From: an uncultured Candidatus Peribacteria bacterium
GTDB taxonomy: Bacteria > Patescibacteriota > Gracilibacteria > RBG-16-42-10
Direction: 5' to 3'
Length of the DNA stretch: 64,000 bases
Assembly (NCBI GenBank): GCA_964514565.1
Contig: CAZERA010000004.1
Coordinates: 1-64,000, forward strand
This document shows, one piece after another, positions 1 through 9,556 of the stretch. Every line of letters starts with the position of its first letter. Positions within the stretch are counted from its first letter, which is position 1. The position numbers were made by a program, and so were the translations under genes. The notes below the pieces were generated by a model. That model had not been told where the DNA came from and searched no databases. It worked only from the letters and a program-made list of their open reading frames with translations.

Positions 1-58
1 GGTTACGCAGGGGTCTGCAAAACCCCGTACACCAGTTCAATTCTGGTCGTCGCCTCCA
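1..58 (+). tRNA. tRNA-Cys(GCA), 5' end cut by the window edge
   Basis: Anticodon arm GGGGT-CTGCAAA-ACCCC; T-arm ACCAG-TTCAATT-CTGGT; ends TCCA with the U discriminator typical of Cys. Confidence 0.92.
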
Positions 59-198
59 ATCCTCAATTTTATTGACCAACATTTATTGGTCTTTTTTTAT
101 TTTGACTGTAATATTTTCATCTTTGTTTTTGTATCTTGAAGTAGGCTTGCAACTTGTGTAAAGTGCCTTCTTCTGCTAGTATATTACGAACTATTTTT

Positions 199-1620
199 AT
201 GCGACTGAGACTCCGATTCTACATCTTATTGGTGATCGCAAGCACAAGCTTGAGTTCAGTGGCACTCACTGCACAGGCAGACGAGGCTGTTTTACCTGTC
301 GATCCCGATTTTGTACAGACCTGGGAAGCGCCTACTTCAAAACCTACACCTACGGTAACAGCTACTGCTGCTTCAAAGGTTGTCACTAGGCCAAGGTCGA
401 GCGGCCAACCGGCTGTGACTGATGCTGATCGGGATGCGCTAGCTAAACAAAATGCTAGTGCTCAGGCTTTGATTGACAACCAAAACGAAAAGAACCGTTT
501 GGATTCTTTGGCTACGGATGTGATCAACAAATATCAAGCGCTCAAAGAAGTACAGCATACACTCTCCGATGAGCTGAGTTCACTTGATGATGAGATTGCT
601 ACTACTACCAAGACTATCAATAGTGTTTTGCAGGAATCGACTGATACTCAGAATGCGATCGACCAAATCAACAACAAAGTATTGTTGAAGCAACAAGAGA
701 TTAGTGAGCAAAAGAAAGCGGTCTCTGCCTATGTCCAAGCTGTATATAGTCAGAAGGATGTATCAGTGTTGGATTTACTGCTGTCGAATCAAACTTTTGC
801 TGATACTCTCAGTGATATTGATAATGTGCAGTCATTGGAATCAACTGGCCAAGTACTCTTTGCTAGTATGAATGCTGCTAATGCTGAGCTCAAAAGTCAG
901 CAGGAGGTATTTCAGACCAAACAAACTCGTCTGGCACGCTTACTGGTAGAGCTCAAGAAACAACAAGACACTTTAGGACAACAACAACAAGATAAGCGTT
1001 TTCTCTTAGAAAAAACTGCCGGCAAAGAAGAGAATTATCAGAATATGATTTTGGACTTCAAAGCTCAGGCTCAACAAGTTGAACAAGATATTCAAAGTCT
1101 CAGTGCTGATATTGCTCAATTCAAAAGTAGCGATGAATTAGCCAAGATTGCTTTGCAATATGGTGACAAGTTTTCATTGGTCAATCCAGAAAATGGCGCA
1201 ATCTGGCCAGTGGATGCTTCCTACAAAGGTATTAGTGCTTACTTTAATGATTCCGGTTACTTGAAATTCTTTGGTTTTCCTCATGCCGCTATCGATATTC
1301 CACAACCAGCACAGACACCTATTCGTGCTCCAGCCAATGGTGTAGTGCTCAAGGTTGTTGATCGTGATGACGGTGGTTACAACTATGTGGTGTTGTACCA
1401 TGGCACTGATAGCAATGGTAAAGATATCACTACAGTATATGGTCATTTGCCCAAGATCTTTGTAAACAAAGGTGATGTGGTACGTCAGGGCGATATTATT
1501 GCTTTGACTGGTGGGGCTCCGGGGACTCGCGGTACTGGTCCTTATTACACTGGCCCACATCTTCACTTTGAGGTTCGTCAAAATGGAGCAGCGATCGATC
1601 CGCTTACTTGGTTGCCCTAA
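199..1620 (+). CDS. Secreted coiled-coil M23 peptidase (EnvC/murein DD-endopeptidase-like)
   Basis: Signal peptide after ATG199 (ORF track starts at TTG154); long coiled coil; M23 motifs HAAID and HLHFEV. Confidence 0.88.
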   Translation: MRLRLRFYILLVIASTSLSSVALTAQADEAVLPVDPDFVQTWEAPTSKPTPTVTATAASKVVTRPRSSGQPAVTDADRDALAKQNASAQALIDNQNEKNRLDSLATDVINKYQALKEVQHTLSDELSSLDDEIATTTKTINSVLQESTDTQNAIDQINNKVLLKQQEISEQKKAVSAYVQAVYSQKDVSVLDLLLSNQTFADTLSDIDNVQSLESTGQVLFASMNAANAELKSQQEVFQTKQTRLARLLVELKKQQDTLGQQQQDKRFLLEKTAGKEENYQNMILDFKAQAQQVEQDIQSLSADIAQFKSSDELAKIALQYGDKFSLVNPENGAIWPVDASYKGISAYFNDSGYLKFFGFPHAAIDIPQPAQTPIRAPANGVVLKVVDRDDGGYNYVVLYHGTDSNGKDITTVYGHLPKIFVNKGDVVRQGDIIALTGGAPGTRGTGPYYTGPHLHFEVRQNGAAIDPLTWLP

Positions 1621-1630
1621 TTTGGACCCT

Positions 1631-1659
1631 TTGACATGGGGCTTTAGCTGTTTTATAAT
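1631..1659 (+). promoter_or_regulatory. Consensus sigma70 promoter for the sortase operon
   Basis: TTGACA-N17-TATAAT ending 18 nt before ATG1678. Confidence 0.8.
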
Positions 1660-1677
1660 TATAGGAATCATTTCTCT

Positions 1678-2895
1678 ATGACATTTTTGCTTCTCCCCTA
1701 CATTTTGAGCGCTTATTGGTCATCGAGTGTCCCTTTGGCACTGACTGAAAATGCTACCCGTATGATGGTTGCTTATGCCACAGCTGCACCAGCTACTACC
1801 GTCAGTATGCTTAGTGTGCCTGAGTCTCTACCGGATTTGAGTGATGCATTTCTGGCTTCTAGTAATGCTGATCAGTTGTTGGCTCTCAATCAAGATATTG
1901 AGGACTTGCCTTTGGCTCCTACTGCTGCGCCTGTTTCACCTGTCGTGGCATCAACTCCTGAACTAGTTGTAAGTACTGCTCCTGTTGGTTCTACCAATGG
2001 TATCGGTATTTCAGTATTACCTGCTTTGCCAAGCGCACCTGCGGTACCAGTTGTTACTACTCCAAAGACAGTAGTAGTACCCGCTCCAGTATCTGCTCCA
2101 GTAGTACCGCCCAAAGTTGTGGCTCCAGCTACTCCTACTGCAGTACCTTCACTTGTTCCTTTGTATATTCCACCTCGTCCAACAGCAGTACCTACACCAA
2201 CTCCAGTAAAACTTAATGTTACGCCCACTCCAGTTAGCACAGTCCAATCAACTGTGCCTTATTATCCTCCAGTGGTTGCACCACCTGCTACGATTAAACC
2301 GACATCTAGCCCTGTAGTGGCACCCAGAGTTGTTGTTCCTACACCAGTACCTGTTGCTACTCCTAGGACTGTAGTGTCTACAGCTGCACCGGTTGTTGCT
2401 CCTGCGGCTCCAGCTTCTACCGCTACAAGTAGTGGCTTGCGTGGGCCAATCATGAAAGCAGTGCAAAGTGACAACTTAGAAACATATTACTTGTCTTACC
2501 CAAAACTAGGCTTGAGCAATGTACCTGTGAATCCAACTGATGCTTCCAATGATGAGCTCTGGCGTTCCACCTTGATCAAAGGTGTAGGTCAACTGCTCTA
2601 TCCACCTGATAGTGGTCACAAGACTGTCATATTTGGTCATTCATCAAACTATGCCTATGTGAAGTCATTATATAACTATATATTCAAGCCAATTTATAAT
2701 GCCAAGGCCGGAGATACTGCCTATATTGATTATAAAGGTAAGCGGATCAATTATGTGGTCAAGAAAACTGAAATTGTACCAGCCACAACTGCTAGTATTG
2801 TGACTGATTATGGTCGTGAGGAATTAGTATTGTTTACTTGTTGGCCATATTTGACCTCCAAGGATCGCTTTATTGTATATCTTGATCGCGTCTAA
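1678..2895 (+). CDS. Sortase with long Pro/Thr/Val-rich N-terminal stalk
   Basis: C-terminal sortase motifs IFGHSS, LVLFTCWP and downstream Arg (DRFIV). Confidence 0.85.
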   Translation: MTFLLLPYILSAYWSSSVPLALTENATRMMVAYATAAPATTVSMLSVPESLPDLSDAFLASSNADQLLALNQDIEDLPLAPTAAPVSPVVASTPELVVSTAPVGSTNGIGISVLPALPSAPAVPVVTTPKTVVVPAPVSAPVVPPKVVAPATPTAVPSLVPLYIPPRPTAVPTPTPVKLNVTPTPVSTVQSTVPYYPPVVAPPATIKPTSSPVVAPRVVVPTPVPVATPRTVVSTAAPVVAPAAPASTATSSGLRGPIMKAVQSDNLETYYLSYPKLGLSNVPVNPTDASNDELWRSTLIKGVGQLLYPPDSGHKTVIFGHSSNYAYVKSLYNYIFKPIYNAKAGDTAYIDYKGKRINYVVKKTEIVPATTASIVTDYGREELVLFTCWPYLTSKDRFIVYLDRV

Positions 2896-2898
2896 TCT

Positions 2899-4182
2899 AT
2901 GAAATGCTCTTTTTGTGGCACAGAAAATGTTCAAGGCCGTACCCATTGTATTGCGTGTGGTACTCCTCTTGAACAACCATCTGTTCCTCAAGAGCTGATT
3001 GCGCCACCAGTAGCTGAGCCAGTTTTACCAGCACCTGAAGCTTCGGTAGCTTTAGCTCCAGTTCCTACTGTGGCCGCTCCTGTTTCTGAGCCTGCATTTG
3101 TGCCCGCAGTTCAACCAGAAGTGCAATTCAATCATGTCGCTATTCCCGAACCTGAAAAGATTGAAGAAACACCTGCTGAGACTACGATTACCTACCCAGC
3201 TTACAATCCAACACCTGCAGCGTCTTCAATGGATTTTACTCAGCCAGAGCTACCGGTTATCAACGAAGCTTCACATGCTGCACCAATTGCAGAACCAATT
3301 GTAGTTGCAGAGCCACTACCAGTCAGTGTTCCAGTTGAAGAGAATTATTTGGACTCTACTGCTGATCTGCCTGTGCAACCTGTAACTGAGTCTATTGCTG
3401 CACCTCAAGTTGCTAGTGAGCCAGCTTATGTTTCACCTCAACCTGAGCCAGTTTATGTTCCACCCACTGTTCCTACTTATCAACCTGTAGCTGAGCCTAG
3501 TTATTTAGATAATGCTACGACTGAAGCGGCTGTGAAGAATGTGGTGCCAGGTAGAGTGGATGTTCAGTTCAATGATCAAGAAGTAGCTGAGGCTACTATG
3601 CCTGTTCATAATGAAACTCCTGCAGTCCTGCCAAGCGTTGATGACTCCATTGATAGTACTAGTGGAGCAGGGGAGAGTATGGAGAATCCTTCTCGCTCAG
3701 GTCCTTGGTTGGCGATCACGGTACTAGTAGTGATTGGTATTTTGATTATTGGTGTGATTTATTTTGTTTACCGTTTGATCTTTGGTGGAGCAAGTCAACA
3801 GGGGAGTCTGATTACTCAGCCACTACCGGTACCTACTACTACGATATCTTCACAACCATTAGTTACCAGTACACCAGTAGCGCTGAGTGTGTCTGCCAAT
3901 GATCAACAACGTGAAAAAGATGTTGCTGATCTGAGGAGTGCTTTGGCTAATTATTTCTCTGATAATGCTAAGTATCCCAATGCTACGAGTTACAATAGTT
4001 TGCTCAATAGTTTGATTAGTAGTCGTTACTTGACAAGACGCGTACAAGATCCGTTATTCCCAACCCAACAATATCAGTATTCAGTAGGGGCTGATCAAGC
4101 TTCATATAGCATTACTATTCAATTCGAGGGATTGGGATCTACTTTACTGAGTGGATCTACTACCTATCAGTTTGGTAGTTAA
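2899..4182 (+). CDS. Zinc-ribbon / Pro-Glu-rich / single-TM protein with C-terminal pilin(GspG)-like domain
   Basis: CSFC...CIAC at N-terminus; TM WLAITVLVVIGILIIGVIYF; DQQREKDVADLRSALANYFSDNAKYP...DP resembles the pilin globular helix. Confidence 0.65.
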   Translation: MKCSFCGTENVQGRTHCIACGTPLEQPSVPQELIAPPVAEPVLPAPEASVALAPVPTVAAPVSEPAFVPAVQPEVQFNHVAIPEPEKIEETPAETTITYPAYNPTPAASSMDFTQPELPVINEASHAAPIAEPIVVAEPLPVSVPVEENYLDSTADLPVQPVTESIAAPQVASEPAYVSPQPEPVYVPPTVPTYQPVAEPSYLDNATTEAAVKNVVPGRVDVQFNDQEVAEATMPVHNETPAVLPSVDDSIDSTSGAGESMENPSRSGPWLAITVLVVIGILIIGVIYFVYRLIFGGASQQGSLITQPLPVPTTTISSQPLVTSTPVALSVSANDQQREKDVADLRSALANYFSDNAKYPNATSYNSLLNSLISSRYLTRRVQDPLFPTQQYQYSVGADQASYSITIQFEGLGSTLLSGSTTYQFGS

Positions 4183-4194
4183 GAAACAAAGAAC

Positions 4195-4285
4195 TAATTA
4201 ACAATTTACAATTCTCAATTAACAGTTGGAATCCGTACAGCTGGGCTTATTTAACTGTAAATTGTCACTTGTTAACTGTTAACTG
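4195..4285. repeat. Heptamer-periodic imperfect inverted repeat (family A)
   Basis: Left arm TAACAAT-TTACAAT-TCTCAAT-TAACAGT, right arm ACTGTAA-ATTGTCA-CTTGTTA-ACTGTTA; 4195-4210 recurs exactly at 34037-34052. Confidence 0.7.
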
Positions 4286-4386
4286 ATATTCAGCTTCCAT
4301 GGTCTGTGGAAAACTTGTACATCATGTATTAATACGTACAACATACATTGTGCATAGTAATAGATTTGCTCATAGTTTTCCACGGT

Positions 4387-4420
4387 GAGCTCTCCTGCCC
4401 TTCTGCAAGAGCTTTTTTTT
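4387..4420 (+). terminator. Possible intrinsic terminator
   Basis: AGCTCT...AGAGCT stem followed by a T8 tract. Confidence 0.45.
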
Positions 4421-4462
4421 GTTTCTGTATTTTGATACTGTGGGGCCGCTTAACTAGAAAAA

Positions 4463-5296
4463 TTGACAATCCAGGATTTGTATTTGAAATATACTGATGT
4501 GCCGCGTCACCAAATAGAACTATTAGTAGCTCATGTATTCAAGCAGGACCGTTTATGGGTACTTACTCATGGTGGTACAGTATTGAGTGATGATCACCTC
4601 CAGTCTCTAGTTGGATTTTATGACCAGCTGACTGCCAACCTACCCCTAGCGTATATTGTTGGTTATAAACGATTTTATGACTTCGATTTTGTGGTTAACC
4701 ATCATGTGCTTATACCACGCCAAGAAACGGAAGAATTAGTGCAGAAATTAGCTAATCTTTACCATGATTCAGAAAAACTAACCTTAGTAGATATTGGGAC
4801 CGGATCTGGTTGTATTGGTTTAACTTTAGCTCGATTATTACCAGCAGCTCAGTTAGTTCTGACTGATACTAGTAAACAAGCTTTAGCAGTAGCTCAAAAT
4901 AACTATCAAATCCAATCATCACTTAGTAATGTCAAGTTTTTCCAGGGTGACTTACTAGCTCCTGTAATTGCTGATGGAATCTATCCTCAAATAATTATTG
5001 CCAATTTGCCATACATATCTGATGCCATCTATTCTGATTTACCAACTAGTGTTGCGAGCTACGAACCCCGCTTAGCTTTATATGGTGGACCTGATGGTCT
5101 AGATCTCTATCGAAAATTATTGCAACAAATCTATCAGTACTATCAAAACAAGCCATATCCAGAACTATGGTGGGAAATCAGTCCCGAACAAAAAGACTCA
5201 ATCCCCACTTTATTCCCTGATCAAACTGTACAAATTGAATATATAAAGGATCTCAATGAGCGAGATAGGTTTGTGAGAATTGAGTTTCAAGCTTAA
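4463..5296 (+). CDS. prmC: Release factor glutamine methyltransferase
   Basis: PLAYIVG, VLIPRQETEELV, DIGTGSGCI, ANLPYI, EPRLALYGGPDGL. Confidence 0.93.
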   Translation: MTIQDLYLKYTDVPRHQIELLVAHVFKQDRLWVLTHGGTVLSDDHLQSLVGFYDQLTANLPLAYIVGYKRFYDFDFVVNHHVLIPRQETEELVQKLANLYHDSEKLTLVDIGTGSGCIGLTLARLLPAAQLVLTDTSKQALAVAQNNYQIQSSLSNVKFFQGDLLAPVIADGIYPQIIIANLPYISDAIYSDLPTSVASYEPRLALYGGPDGLDLYRKLLQQIYQYYQNKPYPELWWEISPEQKDSIPTLFPDQTVQIEYIKDLNERDRFVRIEFQA

Positions 5297-5398
5297 TGAA
5301 AAATTAATAATGAATAGTGAAAAGTTTAGCGGCTGGATTTTCCGCACAGCGGACAAACAGCCGCTAAACTATTAGTTTTTCATTATTCACTATTCACT
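5294..5398. repeat. Dispersed inverted-repeat element (family B, copy 1)
   Basis: AGTTTAGCGGCTG...CAGCCGCTAAACT stem with TGAATAG/CTATTCA heptamer arms; 5305-5333 identical to 21148-21176. Confidence 0.8.
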
Positions 5399-5430
5399 CG
5401 CTCACCAACTCCCCTACCCATAGATTAGTT

Positions 5431-6798
5431 CTAGTACTCTTGTCCCCAGTTAGCATAAGGATTAGGGCTCGTGTCTTTTTTAGATTTGAAACTAAGCGTA
5501 ATTGGCGTACCAGCAAAGCTAAAATGCTCACGCATGCTGTTTTCTAGGGCTCTTACATAAGAAAAACGGAACAAGTCAGCATTGTTTGTAAATATCGTAA
5601 ATGCTGGTGGATGTACATCAGTTTGCACTCCATAGTACATTTTGGCTCTTTTGCCTTTGACGATTGGAGATACTTGGCCATTTTGGAATGCTTCCAAGAA
5701 GCGATTGATATCTTGTGTTGAAAGCTTTTTATTGTACTCATGCTCTACTTTTTTGATGTGATGGAGTAGCTGGTCGATGCCTTTCTTTTTCTTAACTGAG
5801 ATAGGTAAAATCGGCGCCCATTTTACATATGGCAACCATGCTCTGGAGTCTTTTTGCCATTTTTTGAGTTCTAGCTCATTCAAAATATCGATCTTACTCA
5901 GTACTAGTATCAGGGCTTTTTTACTTTCCAAGATATGCTGAATGATCGCTTCATCTTGGCGCACAATGTCTACCTCACTACTCAGCATCAATACTGCTAC
6001 ATCACATGATTCAATAATTCGATGTGATTTGAGGTAAGTAATGTACTCTAGATTGTCGTTAATTTTGTTTCTTCTACGGAGACCGGCCGTATCAATCCAC
6101 TGGATAGTCATATCTTGCTCAGGATACTCTCGTACTGTGTCGACAGGATCTCTGGTAGTACCTGGGACATCTGAAGTCAAAGAGAGATTTTCTCCAGCTA
6201 AGAAGTTGAAAAGGGTAGATTTTCCGACATTTGGTCTACCGAGCAGCGCTACTTTGATTGGTTTGCTGTCGTCCTTGTGTACTGGGGCATCGTGGATCAC
6301 GTCAGTGGCTGAAGCCATAGCAACGGTCAGCTCATGCAGTCCTTGACCTTGCAGTGCAGCTACAGGGTAAACAGTTTTGCCAATCAATCTACTAGCTACC
6401 TCGATATTGTCTTCTGAATCTTTTGCATCTGCTTTTGTAGCACAAGCAATGAACGGTACGGTTTGCTTGCGTAACCATTGCAAGATATTTCTATCTTCTT
6501 TGGTCATAGGAAGAGTGCTATCAATCACAAAAACTAATAAACCTGCTTGGTTGAAGAGGTTTATGGCATTTTCTTGTGCCTGATTATTGAGAGCGTCATC
6601 AAAATGTTCAAAGATACCCGGTCCGTCAGCTAGCTGCATTACGCGGTTTTTCACTGGCAGTTCACCAAAAATCAAATCAAGCGTAGTACCAGTCTGGGAG
6701 TGGGTAATACTTTTCTTCTTTCCGATTAAACTATTAAACAAAGTCGATTTGCCCACATTGGGTCTACCGACAAGAGCAACAAAGCCTTTCATATGCAC
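5431..6798 (-). CDS. der: Ribosome biogenesis GTPase Der (EngA)
   Basis: Two GRPNVGKS P-loops, GTTRD, DTAGLRR, C-terminal KH-like domain (PPAF...GTPI). Confidence 0.95.
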   Translation of the reverse strand: MHMKGFVALVGRPNVGKSTLFNSLIGKKKSITHSQTGTTLDLIFGELPVKNRVMQLADGPGIFEHFDDALNNQAQENAINLFNQAGLLVFVIDSTLPMTKEDRNILQWLRKQTVPFIACATKADAKDSEDNIEVASRLIGKTVYPVAALQGQGLHELTVAMASATDVIHDAPVHKDDSKPIKVALLGRPNVGKSTLFNFLAGENLSLTSDVPGTTRDPVDTVREYPEQDMTIQWIDTAGLRRRNKINDNLEYITYLKSHRIIESCDVAVLMLSSEVDIVRQDEAIIQHILESKKALILVLSKIDILNELELKKWQKDSRAWLPYVKWAPILPISVKKKKGIDQLLHHIKKVEHEYNKKLSTQDINRFLEAFQNGQVSPIVKGKRAKMYYGVQTDVHPPAFTIFTNNADLFRFSYVRALENSMREHFSFAGTPITLSFKSKKDTSPNPYANWGQEY

Positions 6799-6803
6799 AC
6801 CAA

Positions 6804-7199
6804 TTATTTTCTTCTGAGTAGCTTATAGCCCAATAATAGTATACCTGCAAATACAATAGCTGATTTGGTAGTGAATACTGTTTTGAGACTCCCCTGTACA
6901 TGGTCAGCATTGGTGATCAGAGAAAACCATTGGCTACCCTCGATCACTTCTGCTTTGGTGTACAAACTAACGCCTTTTTGGCATTTAACAATTCTTCCTG
7001 TTACCTTGCCGACACATGAATGACTGACCAAGGCATCATTCTCACTAGCAACATGCCAGAGAGCCGATTGATGAATCTCTACATCTTCAGTGGTTAGCTT
7101 ACCAATCGTACTGCGGTTTACTGCGACAGTACGACCTTCAATAGCATTCACCACGGTGTCAGTCACACTGACACTTTTGATGTAGTCTGATTTTGCCAT
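6804..7199 (-). CDS. Hypothetical protein with C-terminal membrane anchor
   Basis: 131-aa ORF tightly packed between rplI and der; hydrophobic C-terminus followed by RRK. Confidence 0.7.
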   Translation of the reverse strand: MAKSDYIKSVSVTDTVVNAIEGRTVAVNRSTIGKLTTEDVEIHQSALWHVASENDALVSHSCVGKVTGRIVKCQKGVSLYTKAEVIEGSQWFSLITNADHVQGSLKTVFTTKSAIVFAGILLLGYKLLRRK

Positions 7200-7201
7200 C
7201 T

Positions 7202-7651
7202 TTATGCGCGCTTCTTAATAGTGATATGTACTACAGCTTGTGTGTCTTCGTTGAGACGGATACTAGCACGATGTTCACCGAGAGTACGTAATGGTGAAGC
7301 AAGAGCGATATCATCAGAATCAATTCTGAAATCAATTGCTTTAGACAAAGCATCCGCAATCTCATGAGCTCCAACAGAACCGTAAAGGATTCCTTTGTTG
7401 GTGACACGCTCTTCAAAGGTAAGAGGAATAGCTTTGATTTTTTGTGCTAATTCTTTTGCTTGTGCTTGCATCTTTGTACGACGATCTTCACGTTTTTGCT
7501 TGATCAATTCTAGCTGAGCAACTGAACCTGCTGTAGCAAGAGTAGCTAAACCATTAGGTAAAAGAAAATTGCGACCATATCCTCTGCGGACATCGACAAT
7601 ATCATGTTTTTTGCCAAGGGTGGGGACATCACGAATCAAAACTAACTTCAT
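7202..7651 (-). CDS. rplI: 50S ribosomal protein L9
   Basis: MKLVL..DV..LGK...V..GYGRNFLLP, LYGSV. Confidence 0.97.
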   Translation of the reverse strand: MKLVLIRDVPTLGKKHDIVDVRRGYGRNFLLPNGLATLATAGSVAQLELIKQKREDRRTKMQAQAKELAQKIKAIPLTFEERVTNKGILYGSVGAHEIADALSKAIDFRIDSDDIALASPLRTLGEHRASIRLNEDTQAVVHITIKKRA

Positions 7652-7677
7652 AAGTTGCTAAATAAGTCTCCGGCAGT

Positions 7678-9285
7678 TTATATCCAGATCTGTTTTTCTG
7701 CAATATACCAAGATGAAATGAGCGAAAATATCTGCTCGGGGGTAGCGGGAAAGCTAGGTGTGAAGCCAGATTTAACTCTTTTACTAATGTAAACAGTGTT
7801 CTCGGGAGTATAGAGTGGGATCATCGGCATATCAGCCAGTATTTTCTCATAGGCTTGCCCTAAAAACTTCTTTTGAGCAGTACTATCGATCGTGAGACGA
7901 ATCTTATCCAAAAGATTATCTACTGCGACATTTTTGTATAAAGGGAAGTTCAAACCAGGATATTGGAGCTGAGAAGAATGAAAATAAGGATACAAATCAA
8001 TGTTTGCACCAATCCTCTCCCCGATTAGTAGTACATCATAACTTCGTGTTTTGAGAAAGTTATTTTGTAGATCAGTAAAGTCTTGGGCAATCAAAGTTGT
8101 TTTGATCCCTAACGGTGCCCATTGTTTTTGTAGCTCTTGAGCTACTGCTGCCAAAGTAGGATCATCTTTATAGACTACCTTGAGAGTGATGGGTTGATCA
8201 GTCGTAATCTTGGCTGCTTTCAATAACGTCTTTGCTTTCTCTAGGTCATAAGTGATTTTAGCATCCAAAATATCTGGCAGTGGAGAATCTACGATCACAT
8301 TGTTAGGAATTTTGTCTACAATTGCTTGTCTATTTGTACCTACCTTTAAACCCAACCGCACATTCTTTTCGCTTGTATGCGCACTATTCGTATTGAAGAA
8401 AACTCCTACAAATTGAGGCAAGATAAACGTACTACTTGCATAAGCAGCTTGATCGAGATCAAGGGTTTCGTTGTCATGGTAGATCACATCATACCTTGTA
8501 GCATCATTGTGTAATTCGCCACTGTCGTTGTAGCCAGTCAGATGAATATTACTGATATAAGGTAATTGACCATAATAGTGATTGAATGTGCGGAGGCTTA
8601 CTTCTGTAGTGTGTGTGTCTTTATTGAGTGAGGTGAATTGGTACATGCCCGTACCGATTGGGTTATGGTTGTAAGGATGGCTTAGAAAGTCTGCGATATT
8701 AGTACTTTCACCTAAAATATGTTCCGGCACTAAGCCAATGCTGAGACTATTGGGGAAGAAGGCATTGATATCAGGCAATTTGAAAGTAACTGTTTTGCTA
8801 TCTTTAGCTTCAATCGTGATACCATTGAAAGCACCTTTGTATGGGCCATCGTATCCTGGATCCTTGAGTAGTTTTTGATAAGTAAAAACTACATCACTAC
8901 TAGTTACTGGCTGGTCGTCATGAAAATAAGCATTGCGGAGAGTGACTGTGTAGGTCTTGAGATCATTACTGATATCAATCTTTTGAGCCAAGTCTGGTTT
9001 TACCTCATGATTAAAAGGATCAATCTTAGTCAGACCTGAGAAGATCAAGCTACACACCGTACGGTTCACTGTGGTGCTACTACAATACAGAGGATTGATA
9101 CTATCAGTCATTCCCATCTCGCCAATAGTCAGTGTGCCTCCCCTGCTAGGCTGAGTCATTGTACGGGTATTGAGCAAAGCACTCCCTAGAAATACCGTAC
9201 TAACTGGTACGGCTATTACTAGGAGAATGCTCACTAAAAATCTTTCTGTGCGTGCAAAAAATGGTACCCGAGAATTATCTGACAT
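7678..9285 (-). CDS. ABC peptide/nickel-type substrate-binding protein (family 5), membrane anchored
   Basis: N-terminal TM; INPL, LIFSGL, PDLA, FHD..PVTSSDVVFT, PIGTG.Y. Confidence 0.85.
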   Translation of the reverse strand: MSDNSRVPFFARTERFLVSILLVIAVPVSTVFLGSALLNTRTMTQPSRGGTLTIGEMGMTDSINPLYCSSTTVNRTVCSLIFSGLTKIDPFNHEVKPDLAQKIDISNDLKTYTVTLRNAYFHDDQPVTSSDVVFTYQKLLKDPGYDGPYKGAFNGITIEAKDSKTVTFKLPDINAFFPNSLSIGLVPEHILGESTNIADFLSHPYNHNPIGTGMYQFTSLNKDTHTTEVSLRTFNHYYGQLPYISNIHLTGYNDSGELHNDATRYDVIYHDNETLDLDQAAYASSTFILPQFVGVFFNTNSAHTSEKNVRLGLKVGTNRQAIVDKIPNNVIVDSPLPDILDAKITYDLEKAKTLLKAAKITTDQPITLKVVYKDDPTLAAVAQELQKQWAPLGIKTTLIAQDFTDLQNNFLKTRSYDVLLIGERIGANIDLYPYFHSSQLQYPGLNFPLYKNVAVDNLLDKIRLTIDSTAQKKFLGQAYEKILADMPMIPLYTPENTVYISKRVKSGFTPSFPATPEQIFSLISSWYIAEKQIWI

Positions 9286-9293
9286 GTGATGTC

Positions 9294-9530
9294 TTAACGG
9301 AATGAAGCCGTAATGCTATCCCAAAGAGGCATGACCAAACTCAGTAGTGCAAAGCTAGTGATTAAGAAGATAGTGAGATTGAAAAGCAATTTTTCAGGTC
9401 CACGACGAGTGCGATAGAAGGCGCCATCGCCACCGAACGTACTAGATAGTCCTACGCCTCGTGACTGGAGCAGAATAAAGAAAACTAATAAAACTGCATT
9501 GCCAATCAAGAGATATTTGATGATGTTCAT
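9294..9530 (-). CDS. secG: Preprotein translocase subunit SecG
   Basis: ILLQSRGVGLSSTFGG...RRGPEK, two TM helices. Confidence 0.92.
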   Translation of the reverse strand: MNIIKYLLIGNAVLLVFFILLQSRGVGLSSTFGGDGAFYRTRRGPEKLLFNLTIFLITSFALLSLVMPLWDSITASFR

Positions 9531-9556
9531 AAAGTGTAATGATCGAGGTAATAGTA

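Noticed and set aside
4463..5296. NLPY instead of NPPY in PrmC
   Set aside because: A common natural variant; other motifs are intact
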